DNA of 64,000 bases from Octopus sinensis (Eukaryota): positions 12,462,001 through 12,526,000 of the forward strand of contig NC_043007.1 of NCBI RefSeq assembly GCF_006345805.1, read 5' to 3'. A model generated the notes under the pieces. It was given only the letters and a program-made list of their open reading frames with translations. It did not search any database and was not told the origin of the DNA. A program made the position numbers and the translations under genes. This document shows, one piece after another, positions 25,845 to 38,081 of the stretch (positions are counted from its first letter, which is position 1; each line of letters starts with the position of its first letter).

Positions 25845-25976
25845 TTGCATTAAAATCTCTGAAGAGGCCGTGAGATATTCTTGTTAATGTCTCATTTATA
25901 CCTGCTTTATATGGCTAATAGGTTAAATGAGACATACCTGTCTTCACGGCCGAAACAGCTGTCAGCTACAATGTAA
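25845..25976 (+). ncRNA. Type-I hammerhead ribozyme with intact catalytic core
   Basis: CUGAAGA (25859-65). Stem II GGCCGUGA/UCACGGCC (25866-73/25944-51) encloses a 12-bp hairpin (25887-98/25924-35). GAAA at 25952-55, palindromic stem III ACAGCUGU, GUC at 25961-63. Stem I is 2 bp, then an internal loop, then UUGCAUU/AAUGUAA. Confidence 0.8.
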
Positions 25977-26119
25977 ATGTATTTCTATGTCTTGTTATAT
26001 TTGTACTATATTAATGTATAATATCATTGCTATTATGTAGTGGTTTAATAAAGTATTGATTGGGTATTATCTGATAGTTGATGATTGATTTAGATATATT
26101 TCTCCATTTTCTCATTTTG

Positions 26120-26154
<35 letters not shown>

Positions 26155-26776
26155 TTGTTGTCATCATCTTCACCGTTATCAACATCGTAGCTGTCATCAT
26201 CATACTTATGTCTTGTTTTCCTGATGATATGATCTGGTTGTGTCTGCTTCAGCACAGTATCCAGCCTCTTCTTGCAGTTTTTGTCATCTCAAAACTTCCC
26301 CATGAGGTCCAGCATCTTGAGGTCAAACTCAACCACTTCTTTCTCCGTCTTTCTCGGTTCTGCCTATTCTGCAGACTCAATGTGCTTGAATCCATCTATG
26401 TGCGCATGTGTGTGTGTGTGTGTGTGTGTAATCCAAAGATGAACCCTATTTGTTTTATGACTCTGAGTTTCCTGTCAACTGTTCCAGTGAGTGATGGACT
26501 GAAGCAGTATAACAATATTGAAGAAAATACATTTGCAGATATAGGACTATATGATTAACCATGTGCATGTATAAATATATGTATGTATGTATATATGTGC
26601 ATTTGTGCGTGTGTATATATATAAATATATGTATATGTGTATGTATATATATGTGTGTATGTTTCTGTATGTGTGTGTGTGTGTGTGTGCATGTGTTTGC
26701 ATGTGTATGTGTGTGTGTATGTATATATATATATATATACACACACATTTATATATATATACATATATATATAATA

Positions 26777-26815
<39 letters not shown>

Positions 26816-26977
26816 CATATATATATATACATACATATATATACATCTGTTGTTCTGTACACCACCTGTCTTCATCTTTCGTTTTTTCATAAACTCTCCC
26901 TATATATATATATATATGTATGTATATATATATACATACATACATATATATTATATATATATATATACATACATACA

Positions 26978-27009
<32 letters not shown>

Positions 27010-27954
27010 CACACGCGCGCACACACACATACACACACACATATATATATTTATATACACATATGTCTTACCTTATTTTGCAGTTAACATAGTGCCATAT
27101 ATAGTCGATAATGGGAAGGGTGGTTCTATGTATGAGTCAATTTCTTGAACTTTAATGGCATCAATCTCACCGTTCTCTGGGGTGGTGGTAGAGGGGAAAG
27201 AAACCAATAACAGAAAAAAAAGAAAATAAGTTGAACTAATCCAAGTAGTTCACAGACTGTTGTTGCAAAAATCAAACTATTTATTGAAAAATTTTTCTCA
27301 CCATTTCACTTCATGTTCTTAAAGCATAAATCTCATATGGCCACTCTTTGTGAAAATAAAACTACAAATTTTACAAGAATTCTTCTGATTTTTGTGAATT
27401 TCTTTGTTTGCTTCTACCTTGACTCAAATTCAGTTCCTCGTTATAACCAATTCTAATGATGACAAATCAATGAATCACGCCTGATTCTTATATTTCTTTT
27501 TGAAAAATTGACTTTTCTGACTGGTCTTTTTTTTTTTTTTATTCTTTATCCTCTTCAGATCTTCAAATAGGATATTTCAGGAAATGAAAAGTCAAGAAAA
27601 TTGATTTGGTTTTTAGTTTTTCAAGTCATCTAATCAGGAAAAATATTTATTGATAAGAATGGTGATAGAAAGTGGAGTATTTTTTTTTTCTTTTTTCACT
27701 TACAACATTGATGGAACTTCCATATAAATCCATGTTCCCAGCTGGGATAATTCTTTTCCTTTCAAATTACAAACAGAAAAATAACAGAAAAATGTTAAAA
27801 TGGTGTTAGATGGAATAATCTATTTGGCACACTTATAGTAGTTTTACTTACAACAGTAATAATAGTTTCAGTTACCATGGTAATGTAGATTCCACGATCC
27901 ACTTTAAGAGTTTCTTCTTGCATTAATGGTTTAAATTCTTGGAGTTACTTTCTT

Positions 27955-28470
27955 ATTTTTTTACTGCCTACAAGGGGCTAAACACAGAGGGGACAGCCAA
28001 ATGGATTAAGTCGATTATATGGACCCCAGTTTAAATTCTTGAGTTACTTTCTTATTTCTTTACTACCCACAAGGGGCTACAGACAGAGGGGACAAACAAG
28101 GACAGACAAACGGATTAAGTCAATTATATCAACCCCAGTGCATAACTGGTACTTATTTAATCAACCCTGAAAGGATCAAAGGCAAAGTCGACCTCAGCAG
28201 AATTTGAACTCAGAATGTAGCGGCAGATAAAATACCTATTTCTTTATTACCCACAAGGGGCTAAATACAGAGAGGACAAACAAGGACAGACAAACGGATT
28301 AAGTCAATTATATCAACCCCAGTGCGTAACTGGTACTTATTTAATCAACTCTGAAAGGATGAAAGGCAAAGTCGACGTCCACGGAATTAGAATTCAGAAT
28401 GTAGCGGCAGACAGAATACCGCCAAACATTTTGCCCAGCGTGCTAATGTTTCTGCCAACTTGCTGCCTTC
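27955..28470 (-). mobile_element. Family C SINE multimer with probable TSD (TCTTGGAGTTACTTTCT)
   Basis: Head near 28460, same body/tail junction near 28235; the flank motif occurs at ~27937 and ~28473. Confidence 0.85.
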
Positions 28471-28643
28471 ATCTTGGAGTTACTTTCTGTCATTTTCCTG
28501 ACATTGGTAATGTAAAATTTATTCCAAATATCCCAAAGCCTTGCTCCTTCTGATCATAGCCAAACTCTCTTCTAAATGTGAGGACCCATGTAGTCCTTCC
28601 TCTTTCTGTCAAACTTTAAGCCCTTCAGCTTCTTGCATAAACA

Positions 28644-28686
28644 ACCTTATTCGATTTTCGAGCCTTATTGAGATCTCATCAGAGGC
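28644..28686 (-). ncRNA. Degenerate minimal hammerhead motif
   Basis: Minus strand GCCU-CUGAUGA-GAUC UCAAUAAG GCUC-GAAA-AUCGAAU-A-AGGU. One mismatch in stem II; stem III is one change from the palindrome AAUCGAUU. Confidence 0.4.
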
Positions 28687-29337
28687 GTCCACGGCCCCTT
28701 CCACTTCAGTTTTTGTAGTCTTGTCTTGCAAGCTACATGACAACCTCATGAGTGGCACACAAAAAAGCACCCATTGCACACTGCAAAGGGGATGGTGCTA
28801 GGAAGGGTGTCCACTGTTTAACCCATGCCAAAAACTGGCACTGGATCACGACGCAGTCCTTAGACCCATCAGATCCTGTCAAGTCGTCCAACCCATGCCT
28901 GCATGGGATACAGACCTCAAATGGTGGTGGTGGTGTGGTGGTGTGGCATTAACAACGGCAATGACGATGACAACAACGATGATGATGATGATGATTGTTA
29001 CCATATTTCATGCTTCTACCATCAAATGCAGTTCTTTGAAAACATCCAATTAACCATTTATCTCTTTATATTTTTTAAAGCTTTTGAGTCCAGCAAGTTC
29101 TGAGAAAAATACAATAAATAATTAATTCAATTCCAAAGACCACAGACATTCATGAGGTTGGTGCTAAGTTCAAAGTTCTTTTACTTTAACCAAATTTCAG
29201 GCAGAATTTTCCCTAAGTGAGACACTGGTCACTATTTAAGTTAAGTTTTCAAAAGACCAAATATTAATTCTAAGGTTAAATTAATAAAGAAAAAGCAGAA
29301 TTAAATATCTTACTGAAAAAAGAAAAAATTAACTAGG

Positions 29338-29472
29338 CACAGGCATGACTGTGTGGTAAGTAGCTTGCTTCCCAACCACATGGTTCCAGGTTCAGTCCCA
29401 CTGCATGGCACCTTAGGCAAGTGTCTTCTATTATAGCCTCGGGTCAACCAAAGCCTTGTTAGTGAATTTGGT

Positions 29473-29509
<37 letters not shown>

Positions 29510-29755
29510 TATATATATACACACATATACATATATATATGTGTTTGTGTGTCTGTGCTTGTCCCCCCACCATTGCTTTACAATTGATATTGGTGTGTTC
29601 ACATCCCCATAACTTAGCGGTTTGGCAAAAGAGACTAATAGAATAAGTACTAGGCTTACAAAGAATAAGACCTGGGGTCAATTTGTTCAACTAAAGGCGG
29701 TACTCCAGCATGGCCACAGTCAAATGACTGAAACAAGTAAATGAATAAATGAGTA
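29338..29755 (+). mobile_element. Family A SINE, full length
   Basis: Head, body and tail as at 18680. Confidence 0.85.
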
Positions 29756-30107
29756 ACAAAATTCTTCAACAAGAAATGGATCTTTTTTATGCCTTAGCCA
29801 TAATGGATAAGGTGCCAAACAGCCACTCCTTCTCACTCGACCATTCTGTTTCAACAATCCTCCTTTCCCTCCTATGTTAGATTGTTAAGTTTCAACAAAG
29901 TATTCTGATGTCTGAGCAAAGACAGGTTTCCAAAGCAGTCTGTTCCTTAAAGTCGGTGGCTAGATTTAAGAAATTATATTTGCAATATTTACATTTGACG
30001 GGCATATGGCGTAGTGGTTACGAGTGTGGGCTACTAACCCAGATTCTGAGTTTGATTCCAGGCAGTGACCTGAATGATGACGATAGCGACGGCGACGATG
30101 ACTAGAC

Positions 30108-30615
30108 GATGCAGGCAGGCAGTGGCTCTCGTGGCTTCTGATCTCAATTGATTGGAAGTGTTATCATGTACATTGTTTTGTCTTGGTATAAAAGATGGGT
30201 TTTACAGCAAATATTCTGCTCAATATCACAGATTTGCTTGTCAGTTGTTTGACCGTGACCAGTTGAGCATGTCCCTTAGTGGCTGGCGATGTGTGCATCT
30301 CTGATCATGAGCAGAAGTAGTGGGGGAGGATCAGAGCCATGTATTGAGAGGAATTCTTTGGGGTTTGGATAATTCACCTCTGGAAACATGGGTGGTTCGT
30401 TCAACATCCTTAAGCAATCTTTATTCAGGGACCTTTTGAGCAGGATGGGTTACTCAAGCAGAAGAAAATTCTAACTGGGCTCCACCTGCAAGGTCATGTG
30501 CTGTTTATCTTGACATGAGATCACCATGTCTCACACATATGGTTGTGATGCATGTGCCTGGTGTACCCTTATCAGACGAGTAGTCATGATGCGTATACTG
30601 GGTTTCGTATATTTT
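30108..30615 (+). mobile_element. Family B ~530-bp repeat
   Basis: Similar to 725-1260 and 14150-14690. Confidence 0.75.
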
Positions 30616-30710
30616 ACTTTGTATATTTTATTATAATAATAATAATAATAATAATAAATAACATCGAAAAATACCTTAGGAATAAGAACCCAGGTTCAAA
30701 ATTTCCTCAA

Positions 30711-30756
30711 CATACCTGATGAAGGCTGGAGGGTATATCAGCTGAAATGTTGTGTT
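30711..30756 (+). ncRNA. Minimal type-I hammerhead, first tandem copy (wobble-degraded)
   Basis: CAUAC-CUGAUGA-A-GGCUG..CAGCU-GAAAU-GUU-GUGUU. Confidence 0.55.
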
Positions 30757-30954
30757 AACAACAAACAAGATGAGGACAGATATCTGTCAAATGTAAATAA
30801 TGTAAATAATGTACATAATTCCTCATCTCTTAAACAGAGAACTGTATTATCTAATTGGTACAGGAGCCGACATTAGACTTGAATGGAAACATAGAGAAAT
30901 TCCATCAAAAACTAACTCGTCTTTAATGAGGACCCAGTTTCGAAATTTCCCCAA

Positions 30955-31000
30955 GACACCTGATGAAGGCTGGAGGGTATATCAGCCGAAACGTTGTGTT
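30955..31000 (+). ncRNA. Minimal type-I hammerhead, second tandem copy
   Basis: GACAC-CUGAUGA-A-GGCUG GAGGGUAUAU CAGCC-GAAAC-GUU-GUGUU. Palindrome AACGUU as stem III, 5-bp stems I and II, extra A after A9. Confidence 0.75.
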
Positions 31001-31687
31001 AACAACAAACAAGATGAGGACAAATATCCGTCAAATGTAAATAATGTAAACAAGGTAAATAATTCCTCATCTCTTAAATATAGAACTGAATTATATTTGC
31101 GTGGGTAAGATCGGCGTGAGTATGTGGAATGATAAGTGTCTTTGTGTATGCGTATGTGTGCATGCCTCAGTATGTGTGTGTGTTGTGTGTGTGTGTGTAC
31201 ATGCCTGCACATTAATTTCACCAATATGCGAAAGTGTTGTAGTTGTTGTTGTTGTCACTGCTGTTGCTATTGCTGCTGCTGTTATTGTTGTTGTTGTTGT
31301 TGCTATGCTGTTGAGGCCAGTTTAATTATTAATTCCTTGCTGAGTGTTTTGAATGAAAAAATACTTTGTTTAGACAAGTTATGATGTGCTTTGTGGAATT
31401 CACATGTGTCTAGTGTCTAAATGCCCTATACACACATACACACGTACATACCTACATACATACATGTTACATAAATATATGTACATATATATTATATGTA
31501 TATATAATATATATATATATATTATATATATATTTATATACGCACACATCTATGTATATATATGCATATATACCTACATATATATTTATATACATACATA
31601 TCTATCTATCTATCTGTCTCTATGTATGCGTGTGTATATTATGTATATACACATATATATATTCATACATACATATATGTATATATA

Positions 31688-31725
<38 letters not shown>

Positions 31726-31743
31726 CGTACATATGTATATACA

Positions 31744-31777
<34 letters not shown>

Positions 31778-31782
31778 CACAC

Positions 31783-31844
<62 letters not shown>

Positions 31845-31852
31845 ATATATAC

Positions 31853-32260
31853 AGGAGTGGCTGTGTGGTAAGTAGCTTGTTTACCAACCACATGGTTCTG
31901 GGTTCAGTCCCACTGCATGGTACCTTGGGCAAGTGTCTTCTACTATAGCCTCGGGCCGACCAAAGCCTTGTGAGTGAATTTGGCAGATGGAAACTGAAAG
32001 AAGCCCGTTGTATATATGTATATATATATATATGCGTGTGTATGTTTGTGTGTCTGTGTTTGTCCCCCTAGCATCGCTTGACAACCAATGCTGGTGTGTT
32101 TATGTCCACGTTGCTTAGCGGTTCGGCAAAAGAGACCGATAGAATAAGTACTGGGCTTACAAAAGAATAAGTCCTGGGGTCGAGTTGCTCGATTAAAGGC
32201 AATGCTCCAGCATGGCCGCAGTCAAATGACTGAAACAAGTAAAAGAGTAAAAGAGTAAGA
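31853..32260 (+). mobile_element. Family A SINE, full length
   Basis: GGAGTGGCTGTGTGGTAAG head through the AAAAGAGTAAAAGAG tail. Confidence 0.9.
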
Positions 32261-32269
32261 GTATATTAT

Positions 32270-32460
32270 GTATTCTTTTACTTCTTTTAGTCATTTGGCT
32301 GCGGCCATGCTGGAGCACCACCTTTAGTCGAACAAATCGACCCCAGTACTTATTCTTTGTGATCCTAGTACTTATTTTATCAGTCTCTTTTGCCGAACCG
32401 CTGAGTTATGAGGGTGGGGAAGAAACACAGACACAAATACAAGCACACACACACACTTAG
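32270..32460 (-). mobile_element. Family A SINE 3' half, tail-to-tail with the preceding copy
   Basis: Reverse-complement tail sequence. Confidence 0.75.
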
Positions 32461-32479
32461 CCTGCCAGGAGCCAGCCAG

Positions 32480-33300
32480 GCAGGAGCCAGCTAGGCAGGA
32501 CTTCTGTTTTGGCAGGGGTTATACAACTGGACGCCCTTGCTAACACCATCCATCCTGCAGAGAGGGCCAGTCAGGTGGTACTGGCAACAGCCATGCTCAA
32601 ATGGGGCTTTTTACGTGCCACCTGCACAGAAGCCACTCAAATAGTGCTTTTTACATGAAACCAGCACAGGTGCCAATCAGACAGTACTGTCATCGGCCAC
32701 AACAGCGATTTCACTTGCCTCAACAGGTCTTCACAAGCATAGTTTATTGTCCAATGATTGAAGGGTACTCTTAAATGGGCTGGTTATACAGCACTGACAT
32801 AGGCCATGGTTATGGTCTCACTTGGCTTGCTGGGTCTTCTCAAGCACAGCATACCTCCAAAAGTCTTTGTCACTTGTCATTGCCTCAGTGAGGCCCAATG
32901 TTCGAAGGTCGTGCTTCACCACCTCATCCCAAGTCTTCCTGGATCTACCTCTTCCTCAGCAGTCATGGCTCAAGTTTCACTGCCATGTAGCATGGCTGTT
33001 TGCACACATGCATCATACAGTCTACCTTTTACTCTGAGCAAGAGGCTCTTTGTCACCAGCAGAGGTAGGAGCTCTCTGCACTTTGCCCAAGCTATTCTTA
33101 TTCTACCAGCTACACTTTCAGAGCATCCACCCCCGGCTACTGACTTGGTCACCTAGGTAACAAAAGCTATCAACTACTTGTAGGTTTTCCCCCTGGAATG
33201 TGATGGAAACTGTTCTCTGCAGATTTTCAGTGTTCATTGCTCCTGAGCATTTTCCACACACAAAAACTATCTTCGCAGTTAGCTTTCCTTTGATATTGCT
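32480..33300 (-). mobile_element. 5'-truncated, decayed RTE LINE
   Basis: VFVCGKCSGAMNTEN..FQGENLQVVDSFCYLGDQ and RIRIAWAKCRELLPLLVTK..RVKGRLYDACVQTAMLHGSET. Confidence 0.88.
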
Positions 33301-33664
33301 AAATATATATGTATATATATACATACATACATACATGTAAATATATATATATATATATATACATGCATAAATGCATACATACATGCATATATAAATATAT
33401 ATACACACACACACACATATATATATGCACACATACATACATACACACAATATATATATATATATGCATACATATATGTATATGCATACATACATACATA
33501 CATATACATACATACATACATATACATACATACATACACACACACATAACACATACATACATACATACATACATACATACACACATACATACACACACAT
33601 ACATACATACATATCATTAGCCAAGAAGCAATACGAGTGCCTGTTGTTATAAGACACTTATCCT

Positions 33665-33712
33665 GAATCTGACAAGTGGCATGACACGAAACTCCAGACT
33701 CCTGAGTCACTC
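33665..33712 (+). ncRNA. Type-I hammerhead relic (G8A core change)
   Basis: GAAU-CUGACAA-GUG GCAUGA CAC-GAAACUC CAGACUCCU GAGUC-ACUC. 4-bp stem III, GUC triplet, stem I with one mismatch. Confidence 0.55.
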
Positions 33713-34067
33713 CTGTAGCTTCTCAGTTAACAAAATACATATCACACATGTTGGTGTATAACGTTGCTTCGGTATAATAACGACCCCACAATCCAGATTT
33801 TTCCATTTAAATCGTAGGCTTAAATTGCTATATTTGCTGTGTTAGACGACTCGGCAATATTTCACAATCGTAGGTTACAGGTGTTGGTGTTAACGTTGGC
33901 TTTGGTTCAATGTCTTGGAATTTTTCTCATGAAATGCTGCTACTTGTAGGGGAGTGGCAATTTGAGCCTTTCCAAGTAACTCAGTCTTTAAATGTCTAAA
34001 ATTATCCATAACTGCAAGGTTTATATTCGTGAGCCAAACTTTGTTTACAAGTCAAACTGACACTGAA

Positions 34068-35370
34068 TCAATTAATCACAGATGGTTTTTATTTCCAGAG
34101 TGCAAAGTGAAGCAGTGAACAGTCAAGAGTAAAGAGTTTAGAGTACTTTTCTATTATCAACAACCAATTTTTTGGTTTACTAAAGGATTAGTAAATAAAC
34201 TATTACGCTTGTGAGACGAGTGTAATAGCTAATCAGTGGGTTTTTCAGAATAGCTGGTTTCAACCCTTTCATTACCGACCTGGCTGAAACCGGCTCTGGC
34301 TCTGAGTACAAATGTCTTGTTTTCATAAATTTTGAATTAAAATCTTCCACCAAACCTTCATCACAATTTATGTTCCTAACACTAGATTAATGATAACTAA
34401 GTTATTTTACTAAATTCTTTGTTATATTTAAAGTAATTGAAAGAAACACAGAGCATCTCAACAGAAATACAGTAACAAAAGGTTTAAAATATATAATAGA
34501 GAAACAATTCTTAAACCTTTTGATACCAACCTGACTGAAATCACCTCTGGCTCTATAGTACAAATGTCTTGTTTTCATAGGTTTTGAATTAAAATCTTCC
34601 ACCAAACCATAGTCACAATTTATGTTCCTAACACTAGCTTAATGATAAGTAAGTTATTTTACTAAATTCTTTGTTATATTCAAAATTAATTGAAAGAAAC
34701 ACAGAGCATCTCAACAGAAATACAGTAAGGAAATGGTTAAGCAGGTAGGTTCAATTTTTGGTCAGAGAAGCATGTTCTGTTCTTAAGCTTCCCTCATAAT
34801 GAATGTGAATGCAGTTCAGATCTGGATGATTAACCCTCCATGGGATGGTGTTGGAATTACACAAAAGGCTATTGGGGTCCCGTGGGTCCCCCTTTTGTTT
34901 GTGTGCATTTCTGCACTATCCATAAAGTAATATTTGTTTAATCAATTAATCACAGATGGTTTTTATTTCCAGAGTGCAAAGTGAAGCTGTGAACAGTCAA
35001 GAGTAAAGAGTTTAGAGTACTTTTCTATTATCAACAACCAATTCTTTGGTTTACTAAAGGATTAGTAAATAAACTATTACGCCTGTGAGACAAGTGTAAT
35101 AGCTGATCAGTGGATTTTTCAAAATAGCTAGTTTTAAGCTGGTAGGTTCAATTATTGGTCAGAGAAGCATGTTGTGTTTTTAGGCTTCCCTCATAATGAA
35201 TATAAACAAAATTTGTACAAATTTTGTGATAGAACGCAGTTCAGACCTGGATGATTAACCCTCCATGGGATGGTGTTGGAATTACACAAAAGGCTATTGG
35301 GGTCCCGTTGGTCCCCCTTTTATTTGTGTGCATTTCCGTACAATCCATAAAGTAATATTTGTTTAATCTT
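34068..35370. repeat. Local tandem duplication (A-B)x2 of ~380 bp, first copy split by MITEs
   Basis: 34068-34255 matches 34942-35130; 34741-34943 matches 35138-35370. Confidence 0.85.
34260..34740. mobile_element. Two adjacent piggyBac-like MITEs (~225 bp each)
   Basis: CCCTTTC.. / ..AAAAGGT-type ends flanked by TTAA or TCAA; the two copies are similar throughout. Confidence 0.7.
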
Positions 35371-35875
35371 GTATATATATGTATGAATGCATGATACAGA
35401 ACAAGAAATTTAGCACTTTATAGGTATATATTTGTAATTATTAGTGTTTAATGGGGGGAAATTAAAATATAATTTATTGACTGAAAAAATCCTTTATTGA
35501 AAGAAATCATTTTTTATTGTTTTATAAACTATACATATGGCGCTAAATATAAAATAAAACAAAATTATTTAGTATATCAATTCATACAGTACAAATACAA
35601 AGAAAATTGATTTATAGTTCATCAGAATATCTGTAAAAAGAGCAGAAAAAAAATTCCCACAAGGCCAATGGGGCCCAGTTGGACTCCAATGACCATATTT
35701 TATGCTATAACATCCATATGACTGGAAATTTTTAACTCTAAGTTTGTATGTGCATACATAAACTATTGACAATAAAAGTCTTGAGATATAAAATCATTTC
35801 AATAAAAAATATAAAGTTGCATAACTTTTAAAAAGCCCACAAAGGTTTAATGTAGTTCTTTACTGGAAGTTATGG

Positions 35876-36018
35876 GTTAATCTTTTCTACTCTAAGCACA
35901 AGCCCCGAAATTTTGGAGGAGGCGGGGCAGTCGATTAGATTGACCCCAGTACATAACTGGTACTTAATTTATCCACTCTGAAAGGATGAAAGGTAAAGTC
36001 GACCTTGGCGGAATTTGA
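35876..36018 (-). mobile_element. Family C SINE 3' fragment
   Basis: GAAAGGATGAAAGGTAAAGTCGACC core. Confidence 0.7.
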
Positions 36019-36432
36019 GGAAGTTATGGGTTAATGCTCATTTTTGTTTACTGAATGTACCAATGCAACCTCAAGCAAAGTGCTTTGCCCAAGAACACAA
36101 CATGTTTCTCAGATGAAGAACTGAACCCACACTCTTATGACCTGGAGCCAAATTGCCCAACCACTGGGCCATGTGCCTTATCAGAGCACTGAGTACTTAC
36201 ATACTGCTATTCTACACTCATCCTAAAAGAGTTCTCTAATGAGACAGTGTAAACATAACACACCAGGGGACACCAAGGGGTGCCAGGGGACACCACCACC
36301 AGCTAATTGTTTACTGTTCATCAGTTCTTGCAAAGGCTGCCAGTGCATGTCAGCTACATTTGCTGTGCTGTTATTTTAAGGTACGTTACACAGGTTCAGG
36401 AAATATTGTTATTATTTCAATTTTTTAAAAGG

Positions 36433-36600
36433 TGCAGGCATTGGATGTGTGGTTAAGAGGCTTGCTTTGCAACCATGTGGTTTCATGTTCAATCCCACTG
36501 CACAGCACCTTGGGTAAATGTTTTCCACTGTTGCCTTAGACCTACCAATCCTTGTGAGTGAATTTGGGAGACAGAACTTGTGAGGAATCCCATGGCATAT
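36433..36600 (+). mobile_element. Degenerate family A SINE 5' half
   Basis: GGATGTGTGGTTAAG..GTTCAATCCCACTGCACAGCACCTTGGG. Confidence 0.65.
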
Positions 36601-36774
36601 ATATATAAAATCAGAAAGGAGAAAGCTAATTCGAAGACTACAGATCCAATCCATCACTGAAACTGTAAAAATCTATAAAACTTTCCAGAAGTTTATCATT
36701 TAACTATATATACATAAGTCAGGTATGCAACTATATGCATGGGAATACATACATAAAGCAGAATATACAAATCT

Positions 36775-36931
36775 GCACATACATACATACATACATGCAT
36801 TCATACATACATACATACACACACACATACATACATACATACATACATACATACATACATACATACATACATGCATGCATTCATACATACATACATACAC
36901 ACATACATACATACATACATACACACATACA

Positions 36932-36965
<34 letters not shown>

Positions 36966-37153
36966 CATGCATGCATACATACATACATACATACATACAT
37001 ACATGCATTCGTACACACATACACACATACATACATACATACATACATGCATGCATGCATGCATACATACATACATACATACATGCATGCATGCATGCAT
37101 GCATGCATACATACATACATACATACATGCATGCATGCATGCATGCATTCATT

Positions 37154-37196
<43 letters not shown>

Positions 37197-37292
37197 ACAC
37201 ATATATATATACATACATACATACATACATACATACATACATACATACATACATACACACATACATACATACATACATACATACATACATAC
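36775..37292. repeat. (CATA)n/(CATG)n tetranucleotide microsatellite
   Basis: Visible repeat. Confidence 0.95.
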
Positions 37293-37430
37293 CCTGTTGT
37301 TGATGTTGAAATTCCAATGAAGGAAGCTTGGATCTAAGTTAGAAGCCAGTTCTTTCTCTATTGGCAAGAAATCTTGAAATAAACTAAAATACATACAAAC
37401 ATATATACATACATACATGTAATATATATA

Positions 37431-37654
37431 TACGAGGTGGTGGTGAAAAGTTCCTAGCTTTAAGGGTGTCATGAAAGGACTGGCCGAAGGTCTAACCTTC
37501 CGAATTCTTTTTCAGGGCTTAGAAAAACTGAAGGACTGCTGTAATAAATGTGTGAATCTGAGAAAAGAATACGTTGGATGAAATCATAATTAACCGATCC
37601 TCCTGTATTTTCGTTTACCCAAAGCCAGGAATTTTTCAGCACCTCTCCCTTGTA
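37431..37654. mobile_element. Mariner/Tc1-type MITE, inverted relative to 3518-3742
   Basis: TACGAGG..TGAAAAGTTCCT / AGCCAGGAATTTTTCAGC..CCCTTGTA. Confidence 0.7.
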
Positions 37655-37764
37655 CACACACATACACACACATATATATATACATACATACACGCATACA
37701 TACCTACATTCATACATACATACATACATACATACAGACATACATATCTATATATATTTATATA

Positions 37765-37921
37765 TACCAATTAAGGACTGAGCACGAAAAGTGGACAGTC
37801 AACATACTAGATATAGACGTCAAATCGCCATTCTCCACATAATCTTTTGTGGAGAATGGCGATTTGACGTCTATATCTAGCATGTTGACTGTCCACTTTT
37901 GTGTTCAGTCCTTAATTGGTA
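37765..37921. mobile_element. Near-perfect 157-bp palindrome (fold-back MITE) within (TA)n
   Basis: 75-bp arms with 3 mismatches and an 8-nt loop TAATCTTT (37840-47). Confidence 0.8.
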
Positions 37922-38018
37922 TATATAAATATTTTAATCTTCGGATTCTTTTTTAATATGCTAGACCACTGGTTTTAATTGATAAATATCAATTTCTACC
38001 CTTAATTAACTTCATATC

Positions 38019-38081
<63 letters not shown>

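Larger units (their letters stand above)
30001..31090 (+). mobile_element. Composite element: tRNA-like head, microsatellite interrupted by a family B insertion, then two hammerhead-bearing tail units
   Basis: A box TGGCGTAGTGG (30007), B-box variant GTTTGATTCC (30050), (AAT)n, then the CCTGATGAAGGCTGGAGGGTATATCAGC..GAAA..AGAACTG unit twice. That head and tail belong to one element is inference. Confidence 0.6.

Noticed and set aside
27836-27925. Minus-strand mini-ORF MQEETLKVDRGIYITMVTETIITV ending at GTAAGT
   Set aside because: No homology recognised and no downstream exon seen; compatible with chance.
30001-30065. Functional tRNA genes at SINE heads (also 42125, 45339, 59640)
   Set aside because: A/B boxes are present, but there is no complete cloverleaf and each continues into a repeat body.
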